Of a stretch of DNA of 64,000 bases, positions 38,501 through 50,461 are shown piece by piece; the stretch's first letter is position 1, and every line of letters begins with the position of its first letter. The position numbers were made by a program, and so were the translations under genes. This DNA is from Podarcis muralis. Its lineage: Eukaryota. The stretch lies in assembly GCF_964188315.1 (NCBI RefSeq), contig NC_135671.1:10106001-10170000 (forward strand), given 5' to 3'. The notes under the pieces are model-generated. The model made no database searches and was not told the DNA's origin. It was given only the letters and a program-made list of their open reading frames with translations.

Positions 38501-39868
38501 GCATGAATGAAAGGTGACAAGTCCCCCCCCCCCCCAAAAAATAAGCAGTTTTCCCAAGTGGTTAGAGCTGACCAAGGCCTAGGGAGCCCACAGTTCAGTC
38601 ATTCTCTCTGGGGGCTCATCCACACTTCGGTTTTGTCCTGCCACTTTTTCCTTACAGCTTAATCAGAGCAAATGTTCTGCGGGTTGACATTTGCTCCGAT
38701 TCAGGGCTGTGTGCATTGTTGAGTTGTTGTTTTTATTTTGATTACATATTTTGTGCTTTTATATTCTAATTCTGTCCTGTGAACCGCCTTGAGACCTCCG
38801 GGTATAGGGCTGTATATCAATTCAATAAATAAATAAAATAAACAAAAAGTGGAGTTGTGCTGGGGATAGCGGCAGGGCAAACGGGAAAAGGGCTCTCAAG
38901 ACCCCTGGTTTCTAGGCACAGGTATGAGGCAAAGTGTGATCCAAGAGCCCTCGCAGGGTTGTTGTGTAGTAGAAACAGGAGAGGGGAAGAATCTCAAGAG
39001 GCTTGGGCAACCCAGCCAGATGCAACAACATTTACTACTATTTTCCTTAGACAGGGTAGAAACGTAAGGAATAAAGCAATATTATTATTGCCTGTGTATT
39101 GCAGAGGTGGCTGCGTGATGAGATTCTGAAAGAGTTTGTGACCCAGGTTCTAATCCAGCCATGCTGCTTCACCTTCAAAAAGGAAGAGGCGTTGGGGTAT
39201 AGTTTGGGGGTTTTCATACCTTTATTTTATATCTGGTTACGTAGGAATTGTTCAGTCTGATTGTGTATTTTTGGGTGTTTCGTTTATTGTTTATGATTGC
39301 TTTTGTTACGCTGCAATTGTGCATTTTTTCCATGTTGCATGGTCTGAACTGATACCACAGCTCATTCCGTAGAGCATGAGACTCTTAGTCCCAGGGTCGT
39401 GGGTTCGAGCCCCACTGGGGGAAGAATTTGTGCATTGCGGGGGGTTGGGCTAGATGACCCTTGGGGTCCCTTTTATAAATCTAACTTTGGAAAGGTGGCA
39501 TACCATAAAAATTATGTGTGTAGGTATGTTAACAAATAAATAAAAAGGAAGAGGCGCTGCTGCAGAAACCTCGCCCGTTCCTGCTCCCAGCCTGTGTAGC
39601 GCAGCAGGCGGGACTCCGACAGGTGCAGCTCCACCCGCCCTCCCGCAGCAAGGGGCGCGCCTGCTTCGCCCTCGCCTGCCTGGGCTGCCCGGCCGCCCTC
39701 CGAGAGACTCACCATGACGGTGGCGATGATGGAGAGCAGGGCGTCGCTATAGGCCAGCAGGCGCTGCGAGGCCTGGGTGCCGCCGCCCAGCTCCCCGCCG
39801 CCAGGCCTGCCCGGGCCGGGGGGCTTCGACGGAGAGACCACGGCGACGTAGTCCCCGGCTTCAGCCAT
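26505..39868 (-). CDS. TMEM175: Endosomal/lysosomal K+/H+ channel TMEM175, 10 coding exons, 497 aa
   Basis: Exons 39713-39868, 37725-37763, 36878-36975, 35204-35255, 33594-33629, 32231-32314, 31237-31401, 30835-30913, 28965-29094 and 26505-27159, total 1494 nt in frame. Both repeat signatures are present (QRLLAYSDALLSIIATVM and ERVEAFSDGVYAIVATLLILDI). Candidate polyA signal on the minus strand at 24986-24991. Confidence 0.96.
27262..27487. mobile_element. Tigger-like MITE
   Basis: Same family as 15228 in the opposite orientation; TA ends. Confidence 0.82.
27890..28255 (+). mobile_element. Old L2 LINE 3' fragment
   Basis: GIPLCLTQKVQLVQNAAEQLL...LRDLLWLP...KFKALL resembles the L2 RT C-terminus. 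Confidence 0.7.
28260..28462. mobile_element. Tigger-like MITE
   Basis: TA-CAGTGGAACCTCGGGTT...AACCTGAGGTACCACTG. Confidence 0.75.
28695..28876. mobile_element. Tigger-like MITE
   Basis: CAGTGGTACCTTGGTTC / GAACCAAGGTACCACTG, TA TSD. Confidence 0.8.
29345..29645 (+). mobile_element. Non-LTR retrotransposon 3' end (clade uncertain)
   Basis: HC..Y...R..LI.PLL..FPG.S...LL.D.....VAKF remnant homologous to 60417; (GAT)n tail. Confidence 0.6.
30498..30663. mobile_element. Tc2-like MITE
   Basis: CCGTATTTTTCCATGT / ACATGGAAAAATACAG, TA TSD. Confidence 0.78.
31791..32114 (-). mobile_element. Sauria SINE
   Basis: Full length; TSD ATGTTCTCATATAAGG at 31778-31793 and 32115-32130. Confidence 0.9.
34381..34753 (-). 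mobile_element. Sauria SINE, second subfamily
   Basis: Diagnostic differences (TTTCAGGCCGAGGGAGC..TTTGTCC; GGAACACGTGACGGAAACC) shared with 59062. Confidence 0.82.
36331..36663 (-). mobile_element. Sauria SINE
   Basis: Colinear with the other copies; head slightly truncated. Confidence 0.88.
39356..39472 (+). mobile_element. tRNA-Lys-derived short SINE
   Basis: GTAGAGCATGAGACTCTTA..CCCAGGGTCGTGGGTTCGAGCCCCAC followed by a CTAGATGACC..GGTCCCTT tail; no intact acceptor stem. Confidence 0.65.
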
Positions 39869-40080
39869 CCCGCTCCTCGCATGCCGGGCGGGCCTCAAAG
39901 CAGAGCCCGCCCTCCCTCCTCGTCGCGGAGGCCGGCCGCCAACACCGCCCGCCTCCCCCGCCCAGGCCCGCCCCGCTCTCGGCGGCCTCGGCTTCGCGAG
40001 GAGGCGCTGCCCGGTTCCCTCCGGGGGCGGGAAATTCGAAAGGGAAAGACGCAAAGAAAAAAAACCCGCTCCTTAGATTC
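39570..40080. promoter_or_regulatory. CpG island over the TMEM175 promoter and exon 1
   Basis: GC/CpG-dense segment around the first coding exon. Confidence 0.7.
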
Positions 40081-42890
40081 GCTTTGCATTGGGTTTCATT
40101 ATAAACGAGGATCCATGGGGAGGCAGCTCGCTAGACCCGAGTCTTCTCGTGTCGTTTCTTTTAAAACCATTAATGGGGGGTATATGTAATTTTTATTGAA
40201 TTTTGTGTTTGAAAGCACTCGTTTTTACATCCTTAAGATATCTATGACTCCCCTTCTCCTCTTTCCATGGTTCATTTTACATATCAGATAACCCTGCATA
40301 TTTTACCAAAACTATACCATTCGGCATTCCATAAAACAACAGTATAAAAATATGGAAGAGCAAATAAAAATGGAAGAGATCCAAGCACAAAAGAACTAGG
40401 TCCAATCTTAAGGGTCAGAGAAAGTCTTGACAAGCTGTCCACAGAAACTGATGTTATTCCATAGCATAGGGGGGAATGGCAGAAAATGCCCATTTTTGTG
40501 TGTGATCGCCTTATGATGCTCTGTAGAGCGAAGGGCCATTAGTAGAATTTCCCCAGATCATGTGAGTGTTAACATGTGAAATACATTCAAGAATATGAGT
40601 CATGTTAGATACTCAGCAGCATTCCAGTCATAGCAGTACAGGACCTGCTTACTCTGGTCTGCCATCCCATTATCTGATTGGCATTGCTAACATAGCTGAT
40701 ATTGCAATGGCAATAGTTTGACATTCCAGTTCCAGCCTTACATACATCATATACTGGACTATTATCTAACAACAGAGCTTTCAGGCACAGTTATATTTTA
40801 AGGGCACAGCCAGCCGCGAAGTTCTCTTGTGCAAGCCTCACTGAAAGGAGTGGCATGTGTGCTAGGAAACTACTGTGCTCTTCCCCGACTCTGCCAGTGG
40901 AGAAATATATGAGACACACCAAAATGCGGGTGGAACTTTGGTCCCATTCACACTATACATGTAAAATAACATTTGCTTCCCCAGAGAAACCTGGGAACTG
41001 TAGTTTGTTAAACATGCTGAGCATTGTAGCTCTGTGAGGGGTAAACAATAGTTTCTATGATTCTGGGTGGGGGACACACCATGTGTTTAAAATGTGCTTC
41101 ACATCTATGGTGTGGCTGTGACCTTTCACACACGCTCAATTTTTTGAGAAAGCTGCAAAACAGCAAACAGAGGTTTATGAGTATTGCTGTAGATTTATGG
41201 TGAACACGATGGTTTGTAAGAATCATGTATAACTTTCCAAGCTGGTCTCTGGCCAAGCCAGAGCACCTCTGTGGCATGTAACCAGGCCCAGAACATTGGT
41301 ACCAAACGAGTGTCACATTTAATGTCACATGCACTTCTTTCTAATTCAGTAATTTTTGAACTTTCTCAAAGAGGGGAATTACACGCACTAAAATAAATAT
41401 TGAAAGAGGAAGTGCGAGTCATTGGTGCTCCCATTCCCCAATATATATATGTCACCTGCTAACACTTGTCTGTTCTTCACACCGTGAACCTACCATTTCC
41501 TGAACACACACACACACACACACACACACATGAGTGAGGTGTGTCTCCACCCCATGCATGCTGCTGAGGCAAGCAAAACAAAAATTGCTTTCGTTTTCTC
41601 TTGATTTGCAGGGTACCTGAGGCATCCAACGTTTTCTGAATTAAAATTAGAGGCACACTTCACCAATAGGATTTACTTTTAGAGAGGTCCAATGGTCAAA
41701 AATATGAACAGGACCATACCAGCTGGGTCACAGATTCCAGAGCTAGCAGCCACCCATTCTAGAACCAGGTCTAATTCAAGAACCAGGTCTAAAAACAAGC
41801 AGCCAACAAAAAACAAAAAACAAAAACAAAAACAAGCAGCCCACACTTAACCAGCAATCTAGTCATACAAAAGATGGTGCTATTTATTCACTTGCATGAC
41901 ACCACAACATCCCCATTGCAATGGTTTTTATTTTATGGTTGTAAAGATGCTGAAGGTAGCTCAGGCTTTGTTGCCAGCTTAGTACATAACATTGCCTCAA
42001 AGACAAAATCCATCTCATTAAATTTAAGACACTGTTGAGGCTTGGTTGGGGATGAACACTTGCCTCCATATTCCAAGTCGTTCATTTCCTTGGCCTTTGG
42101 TGTTCTGTAGCTTTCAATACACCTCAAGGAAATGGGAGCAATAAAGGAACGCCATGAACCTTCCAACAAGCTGCTAAGAATCAGGTGCTGGTGGGCTTCC
42201 TCCCCTCCCCTGAGATGACCTTTGGGTGGCCAGAGCACAGGTGCCTCCCAGGAAGGACATCTTTCCCACCCACCCCCTTCCAAGCCCAGCATGCTCCAGC
42301 CACCATCAACACACCATTGCAAAGGGAAATTTGCTCCTGCTGGGCAGTGGGGATGAATGGGCACCTGTACAAAGAAGGAAATCATGTGCTCATTCATGCA
42401 TCAGCTGATGCTTTGATTTCCCTACCTGAGGACAAAAGGCTATATAGCTCGTAGGTTATGGAACTGACCCTGAAACTGACCCCAGAAACCCTTAACAAAC
42501 TGCAGTGTCCAGAATCGATTGAGGGAAATAATATGTTTGAATGTCCTGTAAAGGTATAGGGTCGGAGTCACCTAATAAGTCCTTTCAGCAGAAACCCTGC
42601 ATATGGAGATTTGCTTGTGAAATGGAGTGTCCTCCCTTCTCTTCCCCGCTGCCCCCTGCCTGTGTGTTCCCCCTGTTACGGAAGTAACACCCCAAAATGG
42701 CTCTGGGAGGGTCAGGAGAACCCCCAGAAAAGCTTGCTCGGATGGAGTCTCAGAGAGGAGGGACTGTTGAACAACTTGCGCTGACAGAACATTCAATAAT
42801 AACACAACACTGAATTGCTCCCAAAGGGTGTACACAATCTCAAGAAGCACTTTTCAGACAAAAGATGTGCAATAGCTCTACAGTCTAGAC

Positions 42891-43221
42891 CAGGGGTCTG
42901 CAACCCGCGGCTCCGGAGCTGCATGTGGCTCTTTTACACCTTTGCTGCGGCTCCGGGGCGGATACTAGCGAGGGGAGGAGGCGCATTGTGCGCACCAACA
43001 CTCCCCACTGTGGCAGACGCTGTACTGGCTGTGACGTTGCATGGGGTCGGTGCGTGCGTTAGTCACGCACCGTCCCGACGTCACCTTCCCGCCCGCTGTC
43101 AGATCGGAGGGCAGCGGCGCGCATGCTTTAAATGTTGCAATGGTTTTGCGGCTCCCTTTTTTCCCCCCCTTTGGAAACGGGTCCAAGTGGCTCTTTTTGT
43201 CTTGAAGGTTGCAGACCCCTG
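42891..43221. mobile_element. hAT non-autonomous transposon, same family as 1572-2032, opposite orientation, shorter
   Basis: CAGGGGTCTGCAAC / GTTGCAGACCCCTG termini; 8-bp TSD GTCTAGAC. Confidence 0.88.
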
Positions 43222-44084
43222 GTCTAGACCATGTCAATTACAGGCAACTGCCCATTTGCATGGGGGTTGCGTTCCGGGTCTTCGCATGTGTTGGCGGGCC
43301 GTGCGTAAGCCCCCCCTGTTCCGCCCCCCCTGCCCTGCCCCCCCGTCTTGTTCCACCCCCTTTTCGGGCCACTTCCAGGTCCACAGAGATGAGTGAGTGA
43401 CGGTCACACATCAATCATATGCACGTAAAATAGTCACTGCCTGTACATTTAAAAACACACGCCAGGACTCAGACTCCATTGATTCTAGACTAAAATGTGT
43501 GTATGCAGTCTCAAGTGTCTGGAGTGGGAAACCACTGCTGTCCTTTTCAGCTGTGCCCCAGATTGCAGCCTGTTTATTTTGTTCCATAGAATTCAATGGG
43601 GCCCACTGAGTCCCAAGCATGGGGGGGGGGCAGGCTTTTGTTAGGGAAGGCAGAAACTCAAGTTTTTAAAGTATTTTTATTGATTGAGGGGGGCACCTGC
43701 CCCCTTGGCTAGACCCATGGTCCAAAGCCAGCCCTTCTTCCCATAGCTTTTCCCTCAGCTCTTTTTCACGGTGGTCACTCAAGAGTGCGATGGGTTAATA
43801 AATGCCAAGAAGTGATGAGCATGCACTCCCCAATTCAACATCTTCAGCTGCAATCCTAAAAACACAAAGGGGTAAGCCCCACAGAATATATCAGGACTAA
43901 TTTCTGAGTAAACACACACCTGTTTGCAGGTTTATTCAAGTGTGAGTCAAGATGAAATGGTGAGTTTGTCAGCATCGCCCTTGAGCCAGTGCACCAACTG
44001 GACTCATGCACCTCAACCCCGACTGGGCTAGGCGAGCTGGGTAGCACTGCCAGAGACCTCCTTTCTCACAGGAACAGGTCACAG

Positions 44085-44563
44085 TGCTGTGGACTCACAG
44101 CTTAGAGCTGAGAGCACCGGATTCACTGTCTCAATAATACAGTCGTTGCGCAGCAGAGTTTTGCAGAGTCTTGCAGAGTATAAACCACTCGGAGAGCAGC
44201 TCTGTAAAATATCTTCCTTTTATTCTGTAACTACAACTATGATACAAAACTATATACAGAGCTGAATATTCTAAGCATAAATCAATGCTACACTGAGAGT
44301 CTGCAGCTGCTCTTAGCAGCAACCTTATCTCTAGGATCTCTAACACACACTCTCTCTCCGATACACTGACTGACTGACTCTCTCACACACAGAGATTGAT
44401 GTGGTGCTGGGCAGAATAAGTAGATAGCAGGACACGCCTCCTCCTCTCTGGAGAGTCAGCAGAGACCATCAGGAGATCATCAGGAGATTCTTGGGTATGG
44501 GAGGGGTGAAATCTCCTCAGAGTTACCTTCATAATAAGATGATGAAAGGAACAGTGTGAAACA
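44085..44563 (-). mobile_element. Probable solo LTR
   Basis: TG...CA ends; flanks CACAG / CACAT (imperfect TSD); AATAAA on the minus strand near 44219. Confidence 0.45.
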
Positions 44564-45347
44564 CACATTATTTATTTCCAGAATGTATTAATGTGGGAAG
44601 AAAATACTAACTCCTCACCAAAGCCCTGCAATGATTGCATGCTGAAAATGAAGACATTTGCACCCACTGTATTAATGCTGCAAGGGACTTTTTTATGTGT
44701 CATTATGACCAACAGGTGGTGGAAGGAGCGAGCCAGAGTCTAGTGAGTGAGCCTGTCCCTGGGTATAGTACTGGTGTTAGCCCTCTCACTGGTCAAAGCT
44801 GAAGGAGTTAAGGGGCGGAGGGATTAGGAAAAAGACCCAGATGGGGAAGATGAAACAGGTTTGTAAACATAACTGCTTAGATTTTTTTAAGTAAACAAAG
44901 GGATTTTACTCTACTGTGATAGGAATTTTGAGGTCTTAGATATATGGTAATGTTCATAACCGCACGTACATAGATCAGCACAGGAAGACCGACCTGAAGC
45001 CATTTTGATTCCTAAACTGAGCAAATGTTTTCTCTGCAAGGTCAAAGTGGAAAAGCCTCCCCATTGTCTTTTTCTTCACAAACCCTGTCTTAAGGGTATG
45101 TGTGTGTTTGAATAGGGTGTGAGCCTGTGACCTGGCCCAGGAACTAAGTATTTATCATGACAAAAGACTGGCCAGGCGCCACAGGCAATCCAATCAAGTA
45201 ACCTGCCAGACAGGAGATAAACAACGACAGGAGAAAAACAACACTCAAATTTCTGTTTATTTTGTGATGTAGGTATGATGTATGGGGGAGGGTCTTAGGT
45301 TACACCCCTTCTGTGATGTATGATGTTTCTGGGGGTGGTCTTGATCT

Positions 45348-45679
45348 AAAGGGTAAAGGGACCCCAGACCACTAGGTCCAGTTGTGGCCGACTCTGGGGT
45401 TGCGGCGCTCATCTCGCTTTATTGGCCAAGGGAGCCGGTGTACGGCTTCCGGGTCATGTGGCCAGCATGACTAAGCCGCTTCTGAACCAGAGCAGCACAT
45501 GGAAAAGCCGTTTACCTTCCCGCCGGAGCAGTACCTATTGATCTACTTGCACTCTGACGTGCTTTCAAACTGCTAGGTTGGCAGGAGCAGGGACCGAGCA
45601 ACGGGAGCTCACCCCGTCATGGGGATGTGAACTGCTGACCTTCTGATTGGCAAGTCCTAGGCTCTGTGGTTTAACCCAA
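45348..45679 (-). mobile_element. Sauria SINE
   Basis: Colinear with the other copies. Confidence 0.88.
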
Positions 45680-47217
45680 AGCATACAGGGTGGCAATTTC
45701 AAAAGTCTTTAGAAGGCCTTGCACACCATTTTTCTGGGTCCCTCCTCTCTCCTGCGGGTGAGGGGAGCAGCCTGTTGCAACAGATCAAGCCTACAGGCTG
45801 CTGTTTTGCTCCAAGTTATCCTGGTTGGTGTCTTTGTTTTTGTCCAAGGGAGCCCTCGGATTTTCCCGTTAACACTACTGAAACATTACTGTTTACAACT
45901 TCAAAAAGAGGTACAAGTAATTTTCACCTGTGAGCTGATATATATGTATTAATTAGGTATCTGTCTAAAAAGTGTTAGGAGAGGCAATAATTTTGAAATC
46001 AAACAGAAACGGAAAGAAAATAGAAGACCAAAGAAGAATTAATTCTAATCAAAGAGGGACAGTCATTTGTGGACAAAAGATGGACTTTGTGAAAGTCCCC
46101 AAAAGAAATCTTAGCCAAGCAAAATCTTAACTGAAAACTCAGAAAAATACCAAGATGAAGATTTTAAGGATAATCGCCAAAGCAAAAAAACCCATGTGAA
46201 AACTGGAGAAGGCAAGAGAAAATGAAGGAATATGAAGGGGATAAATCAAGTTTTACTTACTTTTCAAACTAACTAGCCTTGGATGTAAAAAGGAGCACAT
46301 GAAAGCACATAGATGGATATGAAGTTTGCTTAAAGCACGGTGAAAAATAGGATGGGGAAATGGAAAGTTTTTCTTTTAAAAGGCAGCTGGAGAAGCCATC
46401 TGATGTTAGGGAAAGTGTGAGGTTTTCATTTCTCAAGCTAGAAAAGTCAAGATTGGGAAGACTTTAGCATAGGAAAGACTTGGAAGCAAGAAATGTTGGT
46501 GGATCCAGGCTGATGAAGTGTAGCTGGTAACACAATAACTAAAAGCCCTCTGCAATGTCCTTACTAATACTTTGATAATAAGTTTTTACTGAAGCCAGGA
46601 ATAGGAGAGATGAGAAGGGAGGGATTTTGGGAGCATTGCAGGCATACTTACTTCTTGTCTCTTGCTAGAAAGTCTGGAAAGTCCTTGTGTGTACCACCTT
46701 CCTGAGGTTCTAAGTTCTTTGTTTTTCATCTAGCCCTGAGAGTGGCATCTAGTAGCACCTGTAACCCTCCCTTAGAATGAGTGTGCCAAGATTTTGGTGG
46801 ACAGCAAGTGCCGCAGGTAGCAGCAGCAGAAGCAAAATGCACTCATCACGGCTCAGAGCATTTTACCTAATTTGAAGCTATGGGGGAATTGCAGAAGACG
46901 GGCACCAAAACATTGTTAAGTTTTTTGTTGTTGCTGGAGATGTTTCTAAATCCAGAAGGTCCCAAACATGCCAGCATTTGAGGAAGATAAAAACCACAAG
47001 CAAAATGAAGGCGACTTTGCCATTTCCACTGTGGAAAAGCAAAGAAGGCATTTTGAGGATGAAGCGGCTGATGGCAATGATAAGAAAGAGGTGGTTTGTC
47101 CTTGGCTCCTGTGGAGAAGGAGATGCAGAACGACTTCTCAGGGATGTAGCAACTCCAGGACCCTGCGTGAAAGTGTATTATTTCTCTTAGGAAAGTTCTT
47201 TAAGTCTGAATCTCATC

Positions 47218-48430
47218 TCTCTGTTGTGCCCCTCTAGATCAATGGATCATCCAGCTTCAAACAAAACTGGTGGTCAAAATGGTATTCCACGATTGAAGGA
47301 CATTTGGGTGAGTATCCCTTGCCTGGCTAGGGTGAAAATCTCTATTGTGTTCCGTCTGCAACTCATTGTGCTAAGACTCTTTCAGGTTGCGGTGACAGAG
47401 TTGTCAGAAGGGGCCGTATTCTGTTTCACCACAATGAGGCTCACCTGCAGGTAGGAGAAGACTTCTTCTTTTCTTCCAGCTCTTCTTTCCTGGACTGTGC
47501 TGCTTTAGGTAAGTTCACATTCCACCACTCAGTTGTCTTTTTTCAAGACATTGTTTTTTGTGTTGGTCTCTCCTTTTTCTCATTTTCTTTTCTGCTGGTC
47601 TCTTCACGGGTCTCTCCAAAGATCCTACAACACTGAGATGAAGCCAGCTCTTTCACAAGAGTCACAGAAAGCTGTGGTAAGAAAGCTGTTTTCTTCTTGT
47701 TTGTTTTTTAAATCTCATTTTCTGTAAGATTGGTGGAAGGTGACTGGGGACAAACCAGTGATTCTAGATGTCTCTGTTCTGCCCCTCTAGATTAATGGCT
47801 CATCCAGCTTTAAATAAAATGGCGGTCAAAATGGTATTCCGTGACTGAAGGACATTTAGGTGAGTATCCCTTGCTTGGCCAGGGAGGAAATCTCTATTGC
47901 GTTCTGTCTGCAACTCATTGGGCTAAGACTCTTTCAGGTTGCGGTGACTGAGTCGTCAGAAGAGGCCCTATTCCGTGTCATCACGATGAGGCTCACCTGC
48001 AGGTAGGAGAACACTTCTTCTTTTGTTCCAGCCCTTCTTTTGTTCCGGCTCGTCTTTCCTTCAGGTTTCTCAGAGTATTCCTTGCATGGCTAGGGGGAAA
48101 TCTTCATTGTGTTCCGTCTGCAACTCATTGGGCTAAGACTTTTTCAGGTTGCGGTGACAGAGTTGTCAGAAGAGGCCCTATTCCATGTCATTACGATGAG
48201 GCTCACCTGCAGGTAGGAGAAGACTTCTTCTTTTCTTCCAGCTCTTCTTTCCTTCAGGCTTCGCAGAGTTCAGTATACCTGAAGTGAGAGTCGCCTACAT
48301 TTGGACTGTGCTGCTTTAGGTAAGTTCACATTCCATCACCCAGTTGTCTTTTTCAAGACAATGTTTTTTTGTATTGGTCACTTCTTTTTCCTATTTTCCT
48401 TTTTCTCTTCACAGGTCTATCCAAAGAGCT
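47218..48430 (+). repeat. Local imperfect triplication of a 200-550 bp cassette rich in splice-site-like motifs
   Basis: GTGAGTATCCCTTG...CTTTCAG|GTTGCGGTGAC...CACCTGCAGGTAGGAG recurs at 47308-47490, 47860-48060 and ~48078-48251. Confidence 0.85.
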
Positions 48431-48817
48431 CTTCTTAACATCTTAAGGTTTTCTTTTTCCTGAGAGAACATTCACAGAATGTTCTCTCAGGTTTTGCTTT
48501 TCCCCTTGTTGCATTGCTCAAAAAAAAAGCAAAAGACACTGGTGGTCGGCGCTCCTGGTTCCCAGGACGGGGTTCAAATCCCTGCGGTGTCTGTGCTTAC
48601 TTCCAATGCAACTGCTATCTCTCTATCTCTCTATCCCTCTCTATCTCTCTCTGTCTATTCCTATCTATCTCTTTCTGTTTCTCTATCCCACACTGCCCAA
48701 ATAACAATTGGCTCCCTTTCTCTTAAGTATTAGCATGGGAGGGTGGTGACTTCAGTGACTAGCATGGAGCTATTATAATGATTTGTGTTTTTAACTACTT
48801 CCCCTCTCTTTTACCAG

Positions 48818-49229
48818 CATAGACAATGAGGCCTATGAGGCACCGGCATATGAGGAGGTGGTGACTACTGGCTACTTATCGGGACCAACCATCTGGACCA
48901 TCACCTCCAGTCCAGGGACAACCCCAGTGGAGCCCCCTCCGTACAGCGTGGTCATTGAGCCTCCTGCCCACGGAGAGACTGTGGTCGAGGCGTTCAGTGT
49001 TTCGGTGGCACCAGGCACACGGCGTGCCTCAGAGGCAGATCTACAGTCCCGGTTCCGCCTCAGATTGCTCATGCCACCAAAACTGCAGCGATTTGTCTCG
49101 GATACCCATGAACTCAAAGGTGTTGAAGAGCGGGCAGAACGTCCGGAGCCCCTCACACCCCCTCCTGCTTATGAGAACGCGACTGTGGAGGAGGTCCTTG
49201 AAGAAGAATTTCAGCCCTCCAGGCTATGA
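48818..49229 (+). CDS. TMEM139: TMEM139-like (TMEM139/TMEM51 family) terminal coding exon; upstream transmembrane exon not located
   Basis: Polypyrimidine tract plus CAG acceptor at 48817, phase 2. Open to TGA at 49229: IDNEAYEAPAYEEVV...EPPPYSVVIEP...RRASE...EPLTPPPAYE. This resembles human TMEM139 DNEAFEVPVYEEAV / PPPYSTVVIP / RRMASE / EPLTPPPAYD as recalled. AATAAA at 49566 and 49671. Confidence 0.65.
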
Positions 49230-50035
49230 GAACAGTGCACCGTGGACAATTTTTTGTCAGACTTTCTTCGGTGATCATCCTGTTGCAATCCATACGATAT
49301 GAGAAACATGGCCTGTGTGCAAGATGTTAGCTGCTGTACCTGCTTTTTAAGAGCTCTCCTGAGAAATCCGCACATACAGGTCTGAGTTTCTCATGGGAAA
49401 TACAAATATACAGTATATAAAAAAACGAACTTGTGTTTTCTGACATTTCCAGAATGTTCTTGGACTTACAGTGTAGACTGCTTGGAAGCTGGCTTTAAAG
49501 AAGATTGGACTGGTTGATGTCATGATTGCTGCTCCTTTTTAAAAAAATAACCACATCTGAAACCAAATAAACTGAGAGGGCAAATCTGGGGTCAAAACTA
49601 CGAACCACATCTTAATGATTTCCAAAACCTGTTTAAAAGCTTTGAGTCTGAGGGTTAGCAAACTGAGATTAATAAAGAATTCAGCTTCTGAAAATAGCAC
49701 TTACTCAATCCATATTTCTTTATTGTGGAACAAACTGCATATTATGTGCAGAAAAGTGAATTTGTAAATATGTAAAATCATGTACATTGATTGTGTACAA
49801 TTGAATAGCATTACGGAGAAATGCAATTGCTTCCTGCCCTTTTAAGAAACATACTAGCTGATTACCAAGGAATGCTGTAATGAACGAATTTACAAAATAA
49901 TTGGATCACAGAAAATCTGTCTGTAAATCTATTGCAGCCAGGATACAAACTGATGGAATATATCCGTTGACCAAGTCTTTTTCTCAACATTGCAAACAGT
50001 ATAACTTTAATAATAATAATAATTTTAAAAAAATT

Positions 50036-50147
50036 GTCTAGTAGCACCTTATAGACCAACTAAGTTTGTTCTGCTATAAGCTTTCATTTGCACACAAAAA
50101 CTTATACCAGAAGAAACTTAGTCGGTCTATAAGGTGCTACTAGACAT

Positions 50148-50198
<51 letters not shown>

Positions 50199-50236
50199 TT
50201 TCGACTGCATCAGACCAACATGCCTACCTACCTGAG
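50036..50236. mobile_element. Penelope-like terminal remnant, inverted repeat with about 33-bp arms, followed by (TTTA)n
   Basis: 50036-50068 versus 50114-50146; only a partial ribozyme (GAAAGCTT on the minus strand, no CUGANGA). Confidence 0.55.
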
Positions 50237-50461
50237 TCTAATGTAACTTTAAGAAACTTGAAAACAGGATAATCTGATTAACAACTGTGTTTATTGCCCT
50301 ACCTATCATGTACGCTACTGGCTGCCAAAAACAGATGACAGGCCAAGGGACAGGAGAGTATGGAAACCTGGAAATGGAATGGCAAATGGGTAAAGATGAG
50401 CATGTTGCTGTATTTAGTCATCTGAAACTGGGTCCAGAATGGATGGACATAGGGCTGACCC

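Noticed and set aside
39356-39420. tRNA-Lys-like sequence
   Set aside because: The acceptor stem is broken and it continues into a SINE tail, so it is a SINE head, not a tRNA gene. The same applies to the Sauria SINE heads.
39623-40189. 188-aa plus-strand ORF antisense to TMEM175 exon 1 (similarly 3348-3929 and 11186-11566)
   Set aside because: These are stop-poor frames expected in GC-rich CpG islands and show no homology signal
44591-44715. Short ORF ending AG|GTGGTG in phase 2, a candidate upstream exon for 48818
   Set aside because: Weak donor, only mildly hydrophobic, no resemblance to TMEM139/TMEM51 N-termini, and flanked by repeats
46968-47237. 89-aa ORF MPAFEEDKNH... as a possible first exon of the TMEM139-like gene
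   Set aside because: No transmembrane segment and no convincing phase-2 donor
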